The translations under genes and the position numbers were made by a program. This document shows positions 8,982-18,784 of a stretch of 64,000 nt of DNA, in pieces. The notes beneath the pieces were generated by a model. That model made no database searches and was not told where the DNA came from. It saw only the letters and a list, made by a program, of their open reading frames with translations. The stretch spans positions 352,001-416,000 of the forward strand of contig CBDCNQ010000003.1 in NCBI GenBank assembly GCA_965219445.1, in the 5' to 3' direction. Numbering within the stretch: position 1 is the stretch's first letter; each line of letters starts with the position of its first letter. This stretch comes from Longimicrobiales bacterium (lineage in GTDB: Bacteria > Gemmatimonadota > Gemmatimonadetes > Longimicrobiales > Gaopeijiaceae).

Positions 8982-10440
8982 TTACCGAAAGAGGTCGGCG
9001 TTGACCAGAAAATGCGTCGCAATGCTCGCAGCGTAACCGAGAGCGATCGCCCATGTCCACTTGAGGTGCGAGAGGAACGTATAGATCCCTCGCGCCTGGC
9101 CCATCACCGCGACGCCTGCGGCGGAGCCGACGGACAGCATCGAACCCCCGACCCCGGCGGTCAGCGTCACCAGCAACCACTGGCCGAGACCCATGTCCGG
9201 ACTCATCTCCAGCACGGCGAACATCGCTGGGATGTTGTCGATGATGGCAGAAGCGACGCCCACGATGATGTTCGCCGTCGTTGCGCCCAGCACGCCATAC
9301 AGATAGTCGGAGCTGATCACCAGGTAGCCAAACGCTCCGAGGCCACCGACGCATAGCATGATGCCGTAGAAGAACATGAGCGTGTCCCACTCGGCACGTT
9401 CCAGATTTCGATAGATGTCGTAAGAGCCCTGCGTGCCTTTGCGCACATACATGGACCGCGGGTGCATCCAGCGACAGTGCAGTGTCGAACTCGCCTTCCA
9501 ACGAGTTGCCGAATCGCCGTGAGCGCTCCTGCAGATGGTAGCCGTAGAGCTTGAGGAACCCGAGCCCGGTCATCATGCCAATGACCGGCGGCAGGTGGAG
9601 AAGGTTGTGCGCCATAACGGCCATCGAAATGGTCAGCAGGAATAGGCCGACGACGACCCACGCGCCGTACTGCAACTCCGCCTTCTCGGTCACCGGCTCC
9701 GGCTGCGTTCTCGGCACCGCGAAGGAGATGATGAAGGCGGTAACGACCCAGTTGACGATCGACGGAACGACCAGTGCGAAGAACTCGGTGAACTCGACCT
9801 GCCCCTTCTGCCAGACCATCAGCGTCGTAATGTCACCGAACGGGCTGAAGGCGCCCCCCGCGTTGGCGGCAACAACGATGTTGATGCAAGCGATCGCGAT
9901 GAAGCGGTGATTACTCCCGCCTACCGCCATGACCACGGTAGACATGAGAAGTGCGGTGGTCAGGTTGTCCGCGATGGGTGACATGAGGAAGGAAATCACA
10001 CCGGTAATCCAGAAGATCTTGCGTAAGGAAAAGCCCTGGGAAACCAGCCAGACGCGGAGTACATCGAACACTCCCCGCTCCTCCATCGTGTTGATGTAGG
10101 TCATCGCCGCCAGAAGGAACAAGAAGAGCTCAGCAAACTCGAGCAGATCATGGCGGACGCCTTCCGCGATCAGTTCGGTCTCGCCGGCCTGCGTGAATGC
10201 GATCGCAACCAGCGCCCAGATCAAGCCTGCGGCAACCATTACCGGCTTCGACTTCCGCAGGTGAATCGTTTCCTCGGCGATCACCAGCGCGTAGGCAAGC
10301 ACAAATAGCACCAGCGCCGTAATTCCGGCCCAGTGCGAGGTGAAGTCGAGTTGGACCAGCTCAGCCTGGGCCGCCGCCGGGGTCGCAGATATCAGGAGGG
10401 CGGCCAGGCCGGCGAGGGTGATCAGGGCTATTGATTTCAT
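8982..10440 (-). pseudogene. nhaD: NhaD-family Na+/H+ antiporter, frameshifted near 9430-9480
   Basis: N-part EETIHLRKSKP, SPIADNLTTAL, ANAGGAFSPFGDITTLMVWQ in one frame; C-part RAEWDTLMFFYG, SAIIDNIP, GGSMLSVGSAAGV in another; span 1459 nt is not a multiple of 3. Confidence 0.85.
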
Positions 10441-10520
10441 TGATCCTCGTCAGGGCTCGCAGCACGAAGGGCGTCCTGGAGCCAACAAGCTATCGAATAC
10501 GCCGCCTTCGGTCTCAAGAA

Positions 10521-10612
10521 CCGGCGTCCTAACGGCTCCCACTCCCTGAGTTCCCGTCAGGCAACCCGAGTTTTTGGGGTCCGACTTGGGGTACCAAAGC
10601 CACCTTTTCGCC
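10521..10612. repeat. Island arm-type repeat R3
   Basis: CCGGCGTCCTAACGGCTC...GAGTTCCCGTCAGGCAACCCGAGTTTTTGGGGTCCGACTTGGGGTACCAAAGCCACCTTTTCGCC. Confidence 0.9.
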
Positions 10613-10625
10613 ACAAACTCCCAGA

Positions 10626-12525
10626 ATCGGGATAGGGGAGGACCGGCGTTCCCGGTCCTTCCCCTCCCACACCACCAGGCATGCGGGTCCGCACCTGGCG
10701 GTTCGGTGAGTTGAGGTCAGTACGGCGTGAGCCGGGGCACACCCAGCTCGTCGAAGTACGCCCCCGGCAAGGCCGTGTGCAGGGCGTGGTGCGCAGCCAC
10801 GTGCCACCAGCTTCGCGCGAACCGAGCAGCTCGCCAGGCGAGGTTCTCGCTCACACCGCGAGCCCTCAACTCCCGGTACGCTGTCCTTCCTCGTTTCCAC
10901 TGGCGTAATTGCAATGTACGCAGCCGGCGGTGGATCCATTGGTCCAGGTCTCGGAAACCCCCCGGTGTGTCCGCTAAGCCGAAGTATGCCTTCCACCCCA
11001 GCACGTAGCTCCGTAGCTCTTCCGCCACCTGTTGCAGGCTCCGCCCGCCGCTCCGGCTTGTAATCTGCCGGACTCGCTCTTTGAACTTCGTCAGGGCCTT
11101 CTTGCTGACCCGGCGCTTCACGACCTTCCCTGCCGCTACCCAGAAGCTGTAGCCCAGGAACTGTCGATCCCACACTCGCGCCACCGCGCTCTTTTCCTCG
11201 TTGACCTGAAGCCGAAGTTTCCCGTACAGGTGCCTCAGCGCCTGCATCACACGTTGTCCTGCCCGCCTCGACCGCACGTATACATTGCAGTCATCGGCGT
11301 ACCGGACAAACGCGTGTCCGCGTAGCTCCAACTCCTGGTCCACTTCGTCCAGGAGCACGTTCGCCAGCAACGGCGACAACGGTCCGCCCTGAGGCGTCCC
11401 CATGTGCCGCTCCATCACCACCCCGTTCGCCATGACTCCGGCCTGTAGGTAGCGACGGAGGATCCGCAGCATCGCCTTATCCTCGATCCGCTTTGCCAGC
11501 CGCCCCATCAGCACGTCGTGGTTCACCCGGTCGAAAAACTTCTCCAGGTCCACATCCACCACCCATCGTCTCCCCTCCTGGATGTATTGCTGCGCTTCGC
11601 GCACCGCATCGTGCGCTCGGCGCCCAGGCCGGAAGCCGTGGCTGTGCCGACTGAACGTCGGGTCGAACCTCGGTTGCATCACCTGCAGGATGGCTTGTTG
11701 GATGAACCGGTCCAGCACGGTCGGAATCCCCAACTCCCGGACCCCTCCCCCACTCTTCGGTATCTCCTGCCTTCGTACCGGCTTCGGTTGGTAGGTCCCC
11801 GCCAGCAACCGCTGTCGGATCTCCCCCCAGTGCCTGCGCAAGTACTCTGGCAGCTCCTCCACGTTCATCCCGTCGATGCCCGGACTGCCCTTATTCTGCC
11901 GCACGCGTTTCAACGCTCCTACGAGGTTGGCACGCCCGACCACCTCCTGCATCAGGAGATGCTCGCTTCCTGAGCGCTCGTCTCCATGGGCCACCGTTCC
12001 GGCTTCGCCACTCCCCTCTACCTTCGGGGCTTCACCCCTATCCTCCAGTGGGAGCCCCAGTTGCCTGGACTCCTGGCGCATGGCCTTGCCGAGGTCCACG
12101 GTCGTCACGCTCTCCTCTCCGTTCGGCCCTTCGTCCGACAAAGCTGGGTCCAAGCGCATCATGCACTTCGTCGGCCTACTATGGCCTCTGCTGACTTCTC
12201 GCTCCGCCGGCAGGCCCAACAGCGCAGTGCCGGCGTCACCCTTTCAGGCGTCAGGCGAGACCTCCCCGGGTAAGAACGATGACCTTCCCCGCACAATCGC
12301 CGGATCTACGCCGCTTCCCCTTGGTCGCAGGAGCTTCGCGGTCAGTGGTCCGCTCGCCCCGGTCCGCAGCGCCTCGTATCCGGTTCCTGTTCGTCGACTC
12401 ACGGGTTCGTTTCACGCTTCGTTCAGCGTACGCCTCACGACGAACGCCTTGCGCTTCCCTTCGGTCCCTGCGACCAGGTTCCGGGAGGACTTTCACCTCC
12501 AAGTCATCGCCCATGCCGGGCCCAC
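10626..12525 (-). mobile_element. Group II intron, bacterial class C, apparently full length (1900 nt)
   Basis: 5' end GTGGGCCCGGCATGGGCG at 12525; short domain V GAACCGCCAGGTGCGGACCCGCATGCCTGGTGGTGT with CGC triad; domain VI ending CCCCTATCCCGAT at 10626; inserted just after a terminator hairpin. Confidence 0.93.
10717..12081 (-). CDS. ltrA: Group II intron reverse transcriptase/maturase (no endonuclease domain)
   Basis: NKGSPGIDG, RELGIPTVLDR, GFRPGR, DLEKFFD, GTPQGGPLSPLL, RYADD, FLGY; start uncertain (ORF open to 12219). Confidence 0.95.
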   Translation of the reverse strand: MRQESRQLGLPLEDRGEAPKVEGSGEAGTVAHGDERSGSEHLLMQEVVGRANLVGALKRVRQNKGSPGIDGMNVEELPEYLRRHWGEIRQRLLAGTYQPKPVRRQEIPKSGGGVRELGIPTVLDRFIQQAILQVMQPRFDPTFSRHSHGFRPGRRAHDAVREAQQYIQEGRRWVVDVDLEKFFDRVNHDVLMGRLAKRIEDKAMLRILRRYLQAGVMANGVVMERHMGTPQGGPLSPLLANVLLDEVDQELELRGHAFVRYADDCNVYVRSRRAGQRVMQALRHLYGKLRLQVNEEKSAVARVWDRQFLGYSFWVAAGKVVKRRVSKKALTKFKERVRQITSRSGGRSLQQVAEELRSYVLGWKAYFGLADTPGGFRDLDQWIHRRLRTLQLRQWKRGRTAYRELRARGVSENLAWRAARFARSWWHVAAHHALHTALPGAYFDELGVPRLTPY

Positions 12526-12530
12526 CACCA

Positions 12531-12567
12531 AAAAGCCGGAAGCCCAGATACTGCCTGGACCTCCGGC
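12531..12567 (-). terminator. Intrinsic terminator after the duplicated tRNA 3' end; target of the class C intron
   Basis: GCCGGAGGTCCAG-N7-CTGGGCTTCCGGC followed by TTTTT on the minus strand. Confidence 0.8.
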
Positions 12568-12570
12568 CAA

Positions 12571-12612
12571 TGAGCCGGGTGGGTCTCGAACCCACGACCT
12601 ACGGATTAAAAG
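12571..12612 (-). repeat. 42-bp exact duplication of the tRNA-Lys 3' half (att site)
   Basis: Identical to 13402-13443; identity starts exactly at the anticodon loop CTTTTAA. Confidence 0.95.
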
Positions 12613-12646
12613 ATCGATAGCATCATATACGCAGGGCGGCACTAAT

Positions 12647-13141
12647 CTATTTTCTCCCAAGAATTAACACTATTTCTTTTGGTTCCAACGTTTCGGATCC
12701 TCCTGTTGGTAGTTGAACTCTTGTTTGAGATGTTCCGCTTGTAATATTGATGAAATTCTTCCCCTGTTCCCATATTGCTGCCCTAGAGCCCATGACGCTT
12801 AGGTTCTGGCTAGGTTGTCCATTGCTTTCAATAAATTCATTGAGGACCGATTCGAATTCTGTCGTTGTTGTGAATAGAATGACGATCCCTATCAATTTTT
12901 CGTTTTGAACAAAGTATTGACGCTTTTTAAAACTCTCCCGCGCTGGCCGTTGGAACACCAAGAGTGCATTACCATTTTCATCCCGAATCTCTTGTGGTTG
13001 CGATAAATCGGAATAAAGATTTTGAAACTCTGTCAAAGACATATCGATGTACGCACCATCGAATCGTGGTGCGGGTTTGCTGCAACCAGTCGACAACGCC
13101 ATGAATAAGAAGGCGAGGAATCCTCTATGGATTTTCAACAT
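12647..13141 (-). CDS. Hypothetical lipoprotein, low GC
   Basis: 164-aa ORF with signal peptide ending LSTGC; about 40% GC on a sampled 60-nt line versus GC-rich flanks. Confidence 0.8.
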   Translation of the reverse strand: MLKIHRGFLAFLFMALSTGCSKPAPRFDGAYIDMSLTEFQNLYSDLSQPQEIRDENGNALLVFQRPARESFKKRQYFVQNEKLIGIVILFTTTTEFESVLNEFIESNGQPSQNLSVMGSRAAIWEQGKNFINITSGTSQTRVQLPTGGSETLEPKEIVLILGRK

Positions 13142-13251
13142 GATACCGTCGTTTCTCTATGTTATCATTTACATACGGGGCTTCCGTATAACTTGCTGCA
13201 CTTTTCATTTTGATACCAGGCATTTTTTTGGGAACCCGTTACGCTGCATTT

Positions 13252-13345
13252 CCGGCGTCCTAACGGCTCACATCCGCTGAGTTCCCGCCAGGCAACCTGA
13301 GTTTTTGGGGTACCACTTGGGGTACCATAGCCCCCTTTTCGCCCC
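13252..13345. repeat. Island arm-type repeat R4
   Basis: CCGGCGTCCTAACGGCTC...GAGTTCCCGCCAGGCAACCTGAGTTTTTGGGGTACCACTTGGGGTACCATAGCCCCCTTTTCGCCCC. Confidence 0.9.
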
Positions 13346-13365
13346 CTCACTCACCGACGCGAGAA

Positions 13366-13399
13366 AGCCGGAAGTCCTCTACCTACAGGACTTCCGGCT
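13366..13399 (-). terminator. Terminator hairpin after tRNA-Lys
   Basis: AGCCGGAAGTCCT-N8-AGGACTTCCGGCT, perfect 13-bp stem, followed by a short T-rich run; homologous to the 12531-12567 hairpin. Confidence 0.8.
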
Positions 13400-13401
13400 A
13401 G

Positions 13402-13474
<73 letters not shown>

Positions 13475-13833
13475 TGGCGGTAAAACTAGCCGCTCCGACC
13501 TCCAAGCTCCACGGGCTCAATTGTCCAACAGCCGTCGGTTCGCCAACGAACGACATTAACATCGCAACAAGCGCTCCTGGCCCGAGCAACAAAAGCGTCT
13601 TTGGAAAACATGTGTTTTCAATACGCCGACGGCGCTTGTTCCTTTGAATTGGAGTGAACGGAGCCCCTCCCTCCCCCTGACCCAGAACATCGGCAGGCCT
13701 GTCGAACCGCCGGATCCGCCGAGGTCACAAACGACCCAAGAAGCGAGATATTGCACGGGTCATGGGCTGTTTTGACCCCTGGAACCCGCATTCTTCCTCG
13801 CGATGGAACTCTTTTCCCAGGAGTAGGAAATTG

Positions 13834-13904
13834 TTGCGCACTTCTCAACCTGGGTTTACCATTAATGAAGAGTTGCGTGCCTCCGCTCTCGGAAACATGT
13901 GTTT
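13834..13904 (+). promoter_or_regulatory. Sigma70-type promoter with downstream palindromic operator
   Basis: TTGCGC-N17-TACCAT (13834-13862); AAACATGTGTTT at 13893-13904, second copy at 13606-13617; all conserved upstream of the paralog. Confidence 0.65.
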
Positions 13905-13924
13905 AGGAGCCTCTGGAGGCACGA

Positions 13925-15973
13925 ATGGCCCAACAGCCCCGTTTACATCTAGTTCCCGCCGTCCTCACTCTCGCATTCGTCGCCTGCGAAAACTCCATCA
14001 CCGGCATCCCCGACCCTGTTGTCGAAGCGACGCCCGCCGTCGAGGCGGCGACCTCGGTGGCCCTGTCGCACGGTGGTTGCGTCACGCCGGGGGCCAATTT
14101 GATTTCGTGGTGGCCCGGCGACGTGGATGGAGACTTCAGCGACATCGTCGGTACGAATCCCATCGCGCGTTCCCAGGGCACCGCATTCGGACCGGGTATG
14201 GTGGATGGGGGCTTCCTGTTCAGTGGCGCACCCGGGCACTTCATGGAAATCGACGACGCTGAGACCTTGAGGCCGGCCAACTTCACGATCGACCTGTGGG
14301 CAAAGCGCCTCGGCCCGGGGCAACGCGGGACGGATATCTACGGCAACATGCTGGTCCAAAAGGCCATCGTTAACCCCAGCGTGGCCGGCTCGTTGTGGTC
14401 ATACTTTATTTCTTGGAGGAGTGACGGCACGCTCGCTGCCAGCGTGTATTTCGATAACGATCCCGGGGCTGTTGGTGGGCCGGTGAGGATCGAGACCACG
14501 GAATCCTTCCTGGACGGTATTCCGACCTTCGTCGCCCTGTCCGTCGCCGGCCTCGAGAATGAACTCGTTGTGACGCTTTACGTGAACGGCGCGGTGAAGG
14601 GCACATTCGATGCGACCGGACTTGGGGCCGTCTCCTACGGTCCCGGCGACATGGTAATTGGAAACAATTATGCCGAACCGCGGCGGCTAGGCTTTCACAG
14701 GACATTCGACGGGGTCATTGACGAAATCGAGATTTCCAGCTCCGCACTCACCAGCGACGAAATCCAGGCGATCTACAACGCTGGATCCGGCGGAAAGTGC
14801 AAGACCCCCGAGCCGGAGAATACCGCCCCTGAGGTCGACGCGGGCGACGATGGGGAGATCAACGAGGGCGACACCTTCACGGGCACGGGCTCGTTTGCCG
14901 ATCCTGATGAAGCCGACTCGTGGACTGCTACGGTCGACTACGGCGACAACAGTGGGGTCTCGGACCTCGCGCTGACCGGCTCGACCGGCAAGGACTTCAA
15001 CCTCTCTCACGTCTACGCGAACGATGGAGTCTATGAGATCATCGTTACGGTCGGCGACGGAGTGGCTGACCCGGTGACCGCCTCGGCTTCAGTCGTCGTG
15101 AAGAACGTGCTTCCGAGCGTTGATATGGGCCCGGATGCTAAGATCCTCGAGGGCAGCACCTTCGAAAGAGTGGGCTCCTTCACGGATCCGGGAGCAGACA
15201 CTTGGACCGCGACGGTTGACTATGGAGACGGCAGCGGGATTCAAGCGCTCGAGCCGTCGGGAATGAGCTTCGAGCTCTCCCACACGTATGTCGGCAACGG
15301 ATCCGGACCTTTCGCGGTGACAGTTACGGTCGATGACGGATCCGGTCCTTTCGCGGTGACGTCCACACTCGGAGTGGGTGACGACTCAGGTGTGGACGAG
15401 ACGCTGGTTACCGTCGTCTATCCCCTGACGATCCACCGGGCCACCGTCAGGTTGGACAGATGGAGGAAGTGGAGGAGGAGACACAGTAGAGAGACCTACA
15501 CTGTAGACGGCAGGCTCCCGCTCAGCCTACTCCAGCGCTTCGATCCGGCTAACGACGTCGTGACCGTCGCGTTCGCGGGAATCGAGCAGCCGATTTCTGC
15601 CGACTCCTTCGTTCGTAGGGGCCACAAATGGGAGTTCAGAGCTTCCCGGCGCGAAGGAGGGATCCAGAGGATTCGACTACACGATGACGGTCGTTTCAAG
15701 ATCCAAGCGAGAGGTCCGTTCGGCTACGATCTGCGTCACGTCAACTTCAGGGAGCCCGTCGACCTCTCTCTCTCGCTCGGTCCCGACATCGGCGAGGCGT
15801 CGGTTCAACTCAACCGGAGGCTACGTTTCCGCTCGCGCTGCGGTGGTGAGTGCCGCGACGACCGCGACCACGACGACGATGACGACGATAACGTTGATGA
15901 TGATGACCACGACGATGATCGCGGCAGGAAGCTTTTCAGGCGATTCATTAGAAAGGGTAGAAGGGGTAGGTAG
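13925..15973 (+). CDS. Lipoprotein with LamG/pentraxin-like domain, two PKD-like domains, extra C-terminal domain and Asp-rich tail
   Basis: AFVAC lipobox; ISWWPGD, FTIDLW, LYVNG, FDGVIDEIEI (LamG); WTATVDYGD x2 (PKD). Confidence 0.8.
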   Translation: MAQQPRLHLVPAVLTLAFVACENSITGIPDPVVEATPAVEAATSVALSHGGCVTPGANLISWWPGDVDGDFSDIVGTNPIARSQGTAFGPGMVDGGFLFSGAPGHFMEIDDAETLRPANFTIDLWAKRLGPGQRGTDIYGNMLVQKAIVNPSVAGSLWSYFISWRSDGTLAASVYFDNDPGAVGGPVRIETTESFLDGIPTFVALSVAGLENELVVTLYVNGAVKGTFDATGLGAVSYGPGDMVIGNNYAEPRRLGFHRTFDGVIDEIEISSSALTSDEIQAIYNAGSGGKCKTPEPENTAPEVDAGDDGEINEGDTFTGTGSFADPDEADSWTATVDYGDNSGVSDLALTGSTGKDFNLSHVYANDGVYEIIVTVGDGVADPVTASASVVVKNVLPSVDMGPDAKILEGSTFERVGSFTDPGADTWTATVDYGDGSGIQALEPSGMSFELSHTYVGNGSGPFAVTVTVDDGSGPFAVTSTLGVGDDSGVDETLVTVVYPLTIHRATVRLDRWRKWRRRHSRETYTVDGRLPLSLLQRFDPANDVVTVAFAGIEQPISADSFVRRGHKWEFRASRREGGIQRIRLHDDGRFKIQARGPFGYDLRHVNFREPVDLSLSLGPDIGEASVQLNRRLRFRSRCGGECRDDRDHDDDDDDNVDDDDHDDDRGRKLFRRFIRKGRRGR

Positions 15974-16000
15974 AAGCTGACGTTTTCCACCACCCGTGAG

Positions 16001-16038
16001 AAGAGGGGCGGCCCTCTTAGGCGAGGACCGCCCCTTTC
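16001..16038 (+). terminator. Hairpin terminator after the first LamG-PKD gene
   Basis: AGGGGCGG...CCGCCCCT-TT. Confidence 0.6.
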
Positions 16039-16326
16039 CAATCCTGCGGCTCGCCAAATCCGGTCAGCATCCTCCTATGCGGGCCGGCTGAGGCCTTGGC
16101 GTGAAAACATATGTTTGTAGCCAGCCCATACCCCACTGGTCCCAAAAAAGAAGAGCGACAACACCGCCTCTCGTGATCCGGTCAACACCGGCGGGCCTGT
16201 CTCGATCGAGCCGGCGGCGTCCAAAGAGAGGCCCTGAAAGCGAGTTAAGGCAAGGATTATCAGCATCTAGCCCCTAGAAATCCCGCTCGCCCTCGCGGCG
16301 GAACGTCTCTCGGAGAAAAAAAATCG

Positions 16327-16397
16327 TTGCGCCCGGTTCAACCCAGTTTTACCGTTGATGTAGAGCTGCGTGCCTCCGCTCTCGTAAACATGTGTTT
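16327..16397 (+). promoter_or_regulatory. Paralogous sigma70-type promoter with palindromic operator
   Basis: TTGCGC-N17-TACCGT (16327-16355); AAACATGTGTTT at 16386-16397, second copy AAACATATGTTT at 16105-16116. Confidence 0.65.
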
Positions 16398-16419
16398 CTA
16401 AGCCCCACTGGAGGCATGC

Positions 16420-17961
16420 ATGACCAGAAAGAACCATTCACGGGCAGTTCTTGCCGTTCTCACCCTCGGGCTCATCGCGTGCGAGGGATCTATCACATCC
16501 GTATCCGATCCTGATATCGCACTCGAGGTACCTGCGTCCACGGGGCTCGGGCAGGGAAGTTGTGTTGCACCCGCTGCCGATCTGATCTCCTGGTGGCCAG
16601 GCGACGGCGATTTCGCCGACCTCGTCGGCACGAATCCCGTCTCCGGGACTGTGGGTGTCTCGTTCGAGCCGGGTGTCGTCGATGAAGCCTTCCGGTTCCA
16701 CGGATTGCCCGGACACTACATCCAAATCGCCGATTCTAATGTTTTGAGGCCAGCCGCCTTCACGGTTGATCTTTGGGCCGAGCGGTTCGGCCCGGGGCTA
16801 GGCACCTCTAACAATGATATCTACGGGAACATGCTGGTCCAAAAGGCCATTACCGACAACTCGCTGGATGGCTCGTTTTTCTCATACTTCATTTCCTGGA
16901 GAGGCGACGGCACCATCGCCGCCGGTGTGTATTTTGACAATGATCCCGGAGGTGCCGGCGCACCGGTGAGAATCGTGACCACGGAAAGTTTTCCGAACAA
17001 CACTCCGGTTTTCATCGCTCTGTCCGTCGATGGTCCTGCTGTGACGCTCTATGTCAACGGCGCAGTCAAGGGCACGTTCGACGCGACCGGACTCGGTTCC
17101 GTCGCCTACGGTACCGGCTCTATGGTCATCGGAAACAACTGGCAGGAGGGGCGTCGCCTCGGTTACCACAGGACGCCCGACGGGACCGTCGACGAAGTCG
17201 AGCTCTTCGGTCGTGCGCTTCCGATTGGGGAGATCCAAGCGATTTACGACGCTGGACCGGCCGGCAAGTGTAAAGACGGCAATGAGGCACCGGTGGTACC
17301 GGTGGTAGAGGTGGTCGTAGGTGAGATCGATGAGGGCGGGACCCTTGACGCCTCGGTCTCTTTTGCCGACGACGCCTCACACTCGTGGACGGCGACTGTG
17401 GACTACGGTGACGGCGACGGCGATGTGTTTTCGGGGACCAATGAGAACTTCGATGTGTCGCATACTTTTGCCCAAGACGGGGAGTACACAGTCACGGTTG
17501 CCGTGACGGACGACGCCGGATACGAGGGTCATGGGTACGCTAACGTCGTCGTGAACAACGTGGCTCCAACCGTGGACGTCGGTTCGGATGCCCAGATCCT
17601 CGAGGGCGACACCTGGGTGAGCGGAGGTTCCTTTACGGACCCCGGAGCAGACTCCTGGACAGCGACGGTTGACTACGGGGACGGCAGCGGAAGCCAGCCG
17701 CTCACTCTGGTCGGAAAAAGCTTCGAACTCTCTCACACATATGTTGGCAACGGATCCGGACCCTTCACCGTTACGGTTACCGTCGAAGATGACGATGCTT
17801 CCGGTGTAGGCACCGCGCTGGTTACCGTCGCCCCGTACCACTGCGATGGTGAGTGTCACGACGACGACTACGACGACGACTACGACGATGACGATGAAGA
17901 TGACGAAAACGACGATGACGACGGCGATGATGACGACGATGACGACGATGACCACAGCTAG
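16420..17961 (+). CDS. Paralogous LamG + 2xPKD lipoprotein with poly-Asp tail
   Basis: GLIAC lipobox; high similarity to 13925-15973; ends HCDGECH followed by a long D/E run. Confidence 0.8.
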   Translation: MTRKNHSRAVLAVLTLGLIACEGSITSVSDPDIALEVPASTGLGQGSCVAPAADLISWWPGDGDFADLVGTNPVSGTVGVSFEPGVVDEAFRFHGLPGHYIQIADSNVLRPAAFTVDLWAERFGPGLGTSNNDIYGNMLVQKAITDNSLDGSFFSYFISWRGDGTIAAGVYFDNDPGGAGAPVRIVTTESFPNNTPVFIALSVDGPAVTLYVNGAVKGTFDATGLGSVAYGTGSMVIGNNWQEGRRLGYHRTPDGTVDEVELFGRALPIGEIQAIYDAGPAGKCKDGNEAPVVPVVEVVVGEIDEGGTLDASVSFADDASHSWTATVDYGDGDGDVFSGTNENFDVSHTFAQDGEYTVTVAVTDDAGYEGHGYANVVVNNVAPTVDVGSDAQILEGDTWVSGGSFTDPGADSWTATVDYGDGSGSQPLTLVGKSFELSHTYVGNGSGPFTVTVTVEDDDASGVGTALVTVAPYHCDGECHDDDYDDDYDDDDEDDENDDDDGDDDDDDDDDHS

Positions 17962-17995
17962 TAGGTAGAAGCCAACGTCTTCCACCACCGGCGTG

Positions 17996-18031
17996 AGAAG
18001 GGGCGGCCTCTGAACGAGGACCGCCCCTTCT
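17996..18031 (+). terminator. Hairpin terminator (possibly bidirectional)
   Basis: AGAAGGGGCGG...CCGCCCCTTCT between convergent genes. Confidence 0.65.
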
Positions 18032-18109
18032 GTATTCCCTACGACTCTCCTAGACCGAGGCCGCAGTCGGGATCAACCTACCCGTTCGGCCCTCGAGGCT
18101 CCCCGCCCG

Positions 18110-18766
18110 CTACAGCTCCAACCCGTACTGCAGCCCCAGGAAGGTCTGCCGGTGGTGTGGCGTGGCCCCCAACCGCTCCAACGCGGCCAGGTGCTCCTCG
18201 GTGCCGTAGCCCATGTTGTGATCCCAACCGTAACCGGGATATCGCACGGCCAGTTTGGCCATGAGCCGATCCCGGCACACCTTCGCCACGATCGAAGCGC
18301 ACGCCACCGAGTGTACGAGGGCATCACCACCGACCAGGGCCTCATGCTTCCATCGGAGGGACCTCATCGGAAGGCCATCCACGACAACGTGATCCGGCTT
18401 GCGCGGCAACCTATCGAGAGCACGGTTCATGGCCCATGCGGTCGCCACGAGGATGTTGGCACGGTCGATTTCCCGAACTGAGGCCGCCCCGAGCGTAACG
18501 CCCTGGGCACGAGCCAGGATCAGCGTCGAGAGTTCCTCCCGCTCCATATGACCGAGCACCTTGGAGTCGGTAGCGCCCTCGATCTCCGTGCCCTCGGGAA
18601 GGACCACTGCAGCCGCAACCACCGGCCCGGCGAGGGGGCCGCGGCCAACCTCATCGACACCGGCTACCCCCAAAAGACCTCGGCTCCAGAACCGCCTCTC
18701 GTACTCGAGGGGGTCTTGGAGCCGTTCGACGCCCGCTTCGTCCGGCGACGGGGCCGGTGCGCTCAT
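18110..18766 (-). CDS. rnhB: Ribonuclease HII
   Basis: AGVDEVGRGPLAGPVVAAAV, DSK, ASIVAKVCRD, GYGT. Confidence 0.97.
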   Translation of the reverse strand: MSAPAPSPDEAGVERLQDPLEYERRFWSRGLLGVAGVDEVGRGPLAGPVVAAAVVLPEGTEIEGATDSKVLGHMEREELSTLILARAQGVTLGAASVREIDRANILVATAWAMNRALDRLPRKPDHVVVDGLPMRSLRWKHEALVGGDALVHSVACASIVAKVCRDRLMAKLAVRYPGYGWDHNMGYGTEEHLAALERLGATPHHRQTFLGLQYGLEL

Positions 18767-18784
18767 CGTAGTATCGTCGTGTGC

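Noticed and set aside
10717..12219. RT as a retron, DGR or defence RT
   Set aside because: It sits within clear group II intron RNA ends (domains V and VI, class C 5' end) and has a maturase region; no template/variable repeat pair was seen.
12571..12612. Second tRNA-Lys gene
   Set aside because: Only the 3' 42 nt are present; the D arm and 5' acceptor strand are missing.
7845..13345. R1-R4 as a CRISPR array or as standard attC sites
   Set aside because: Spacing is 1-2.7 kb with whole genes between copies, no cas genes are present, and the repeats consist of direct boxes rather than the long dyad of attC.
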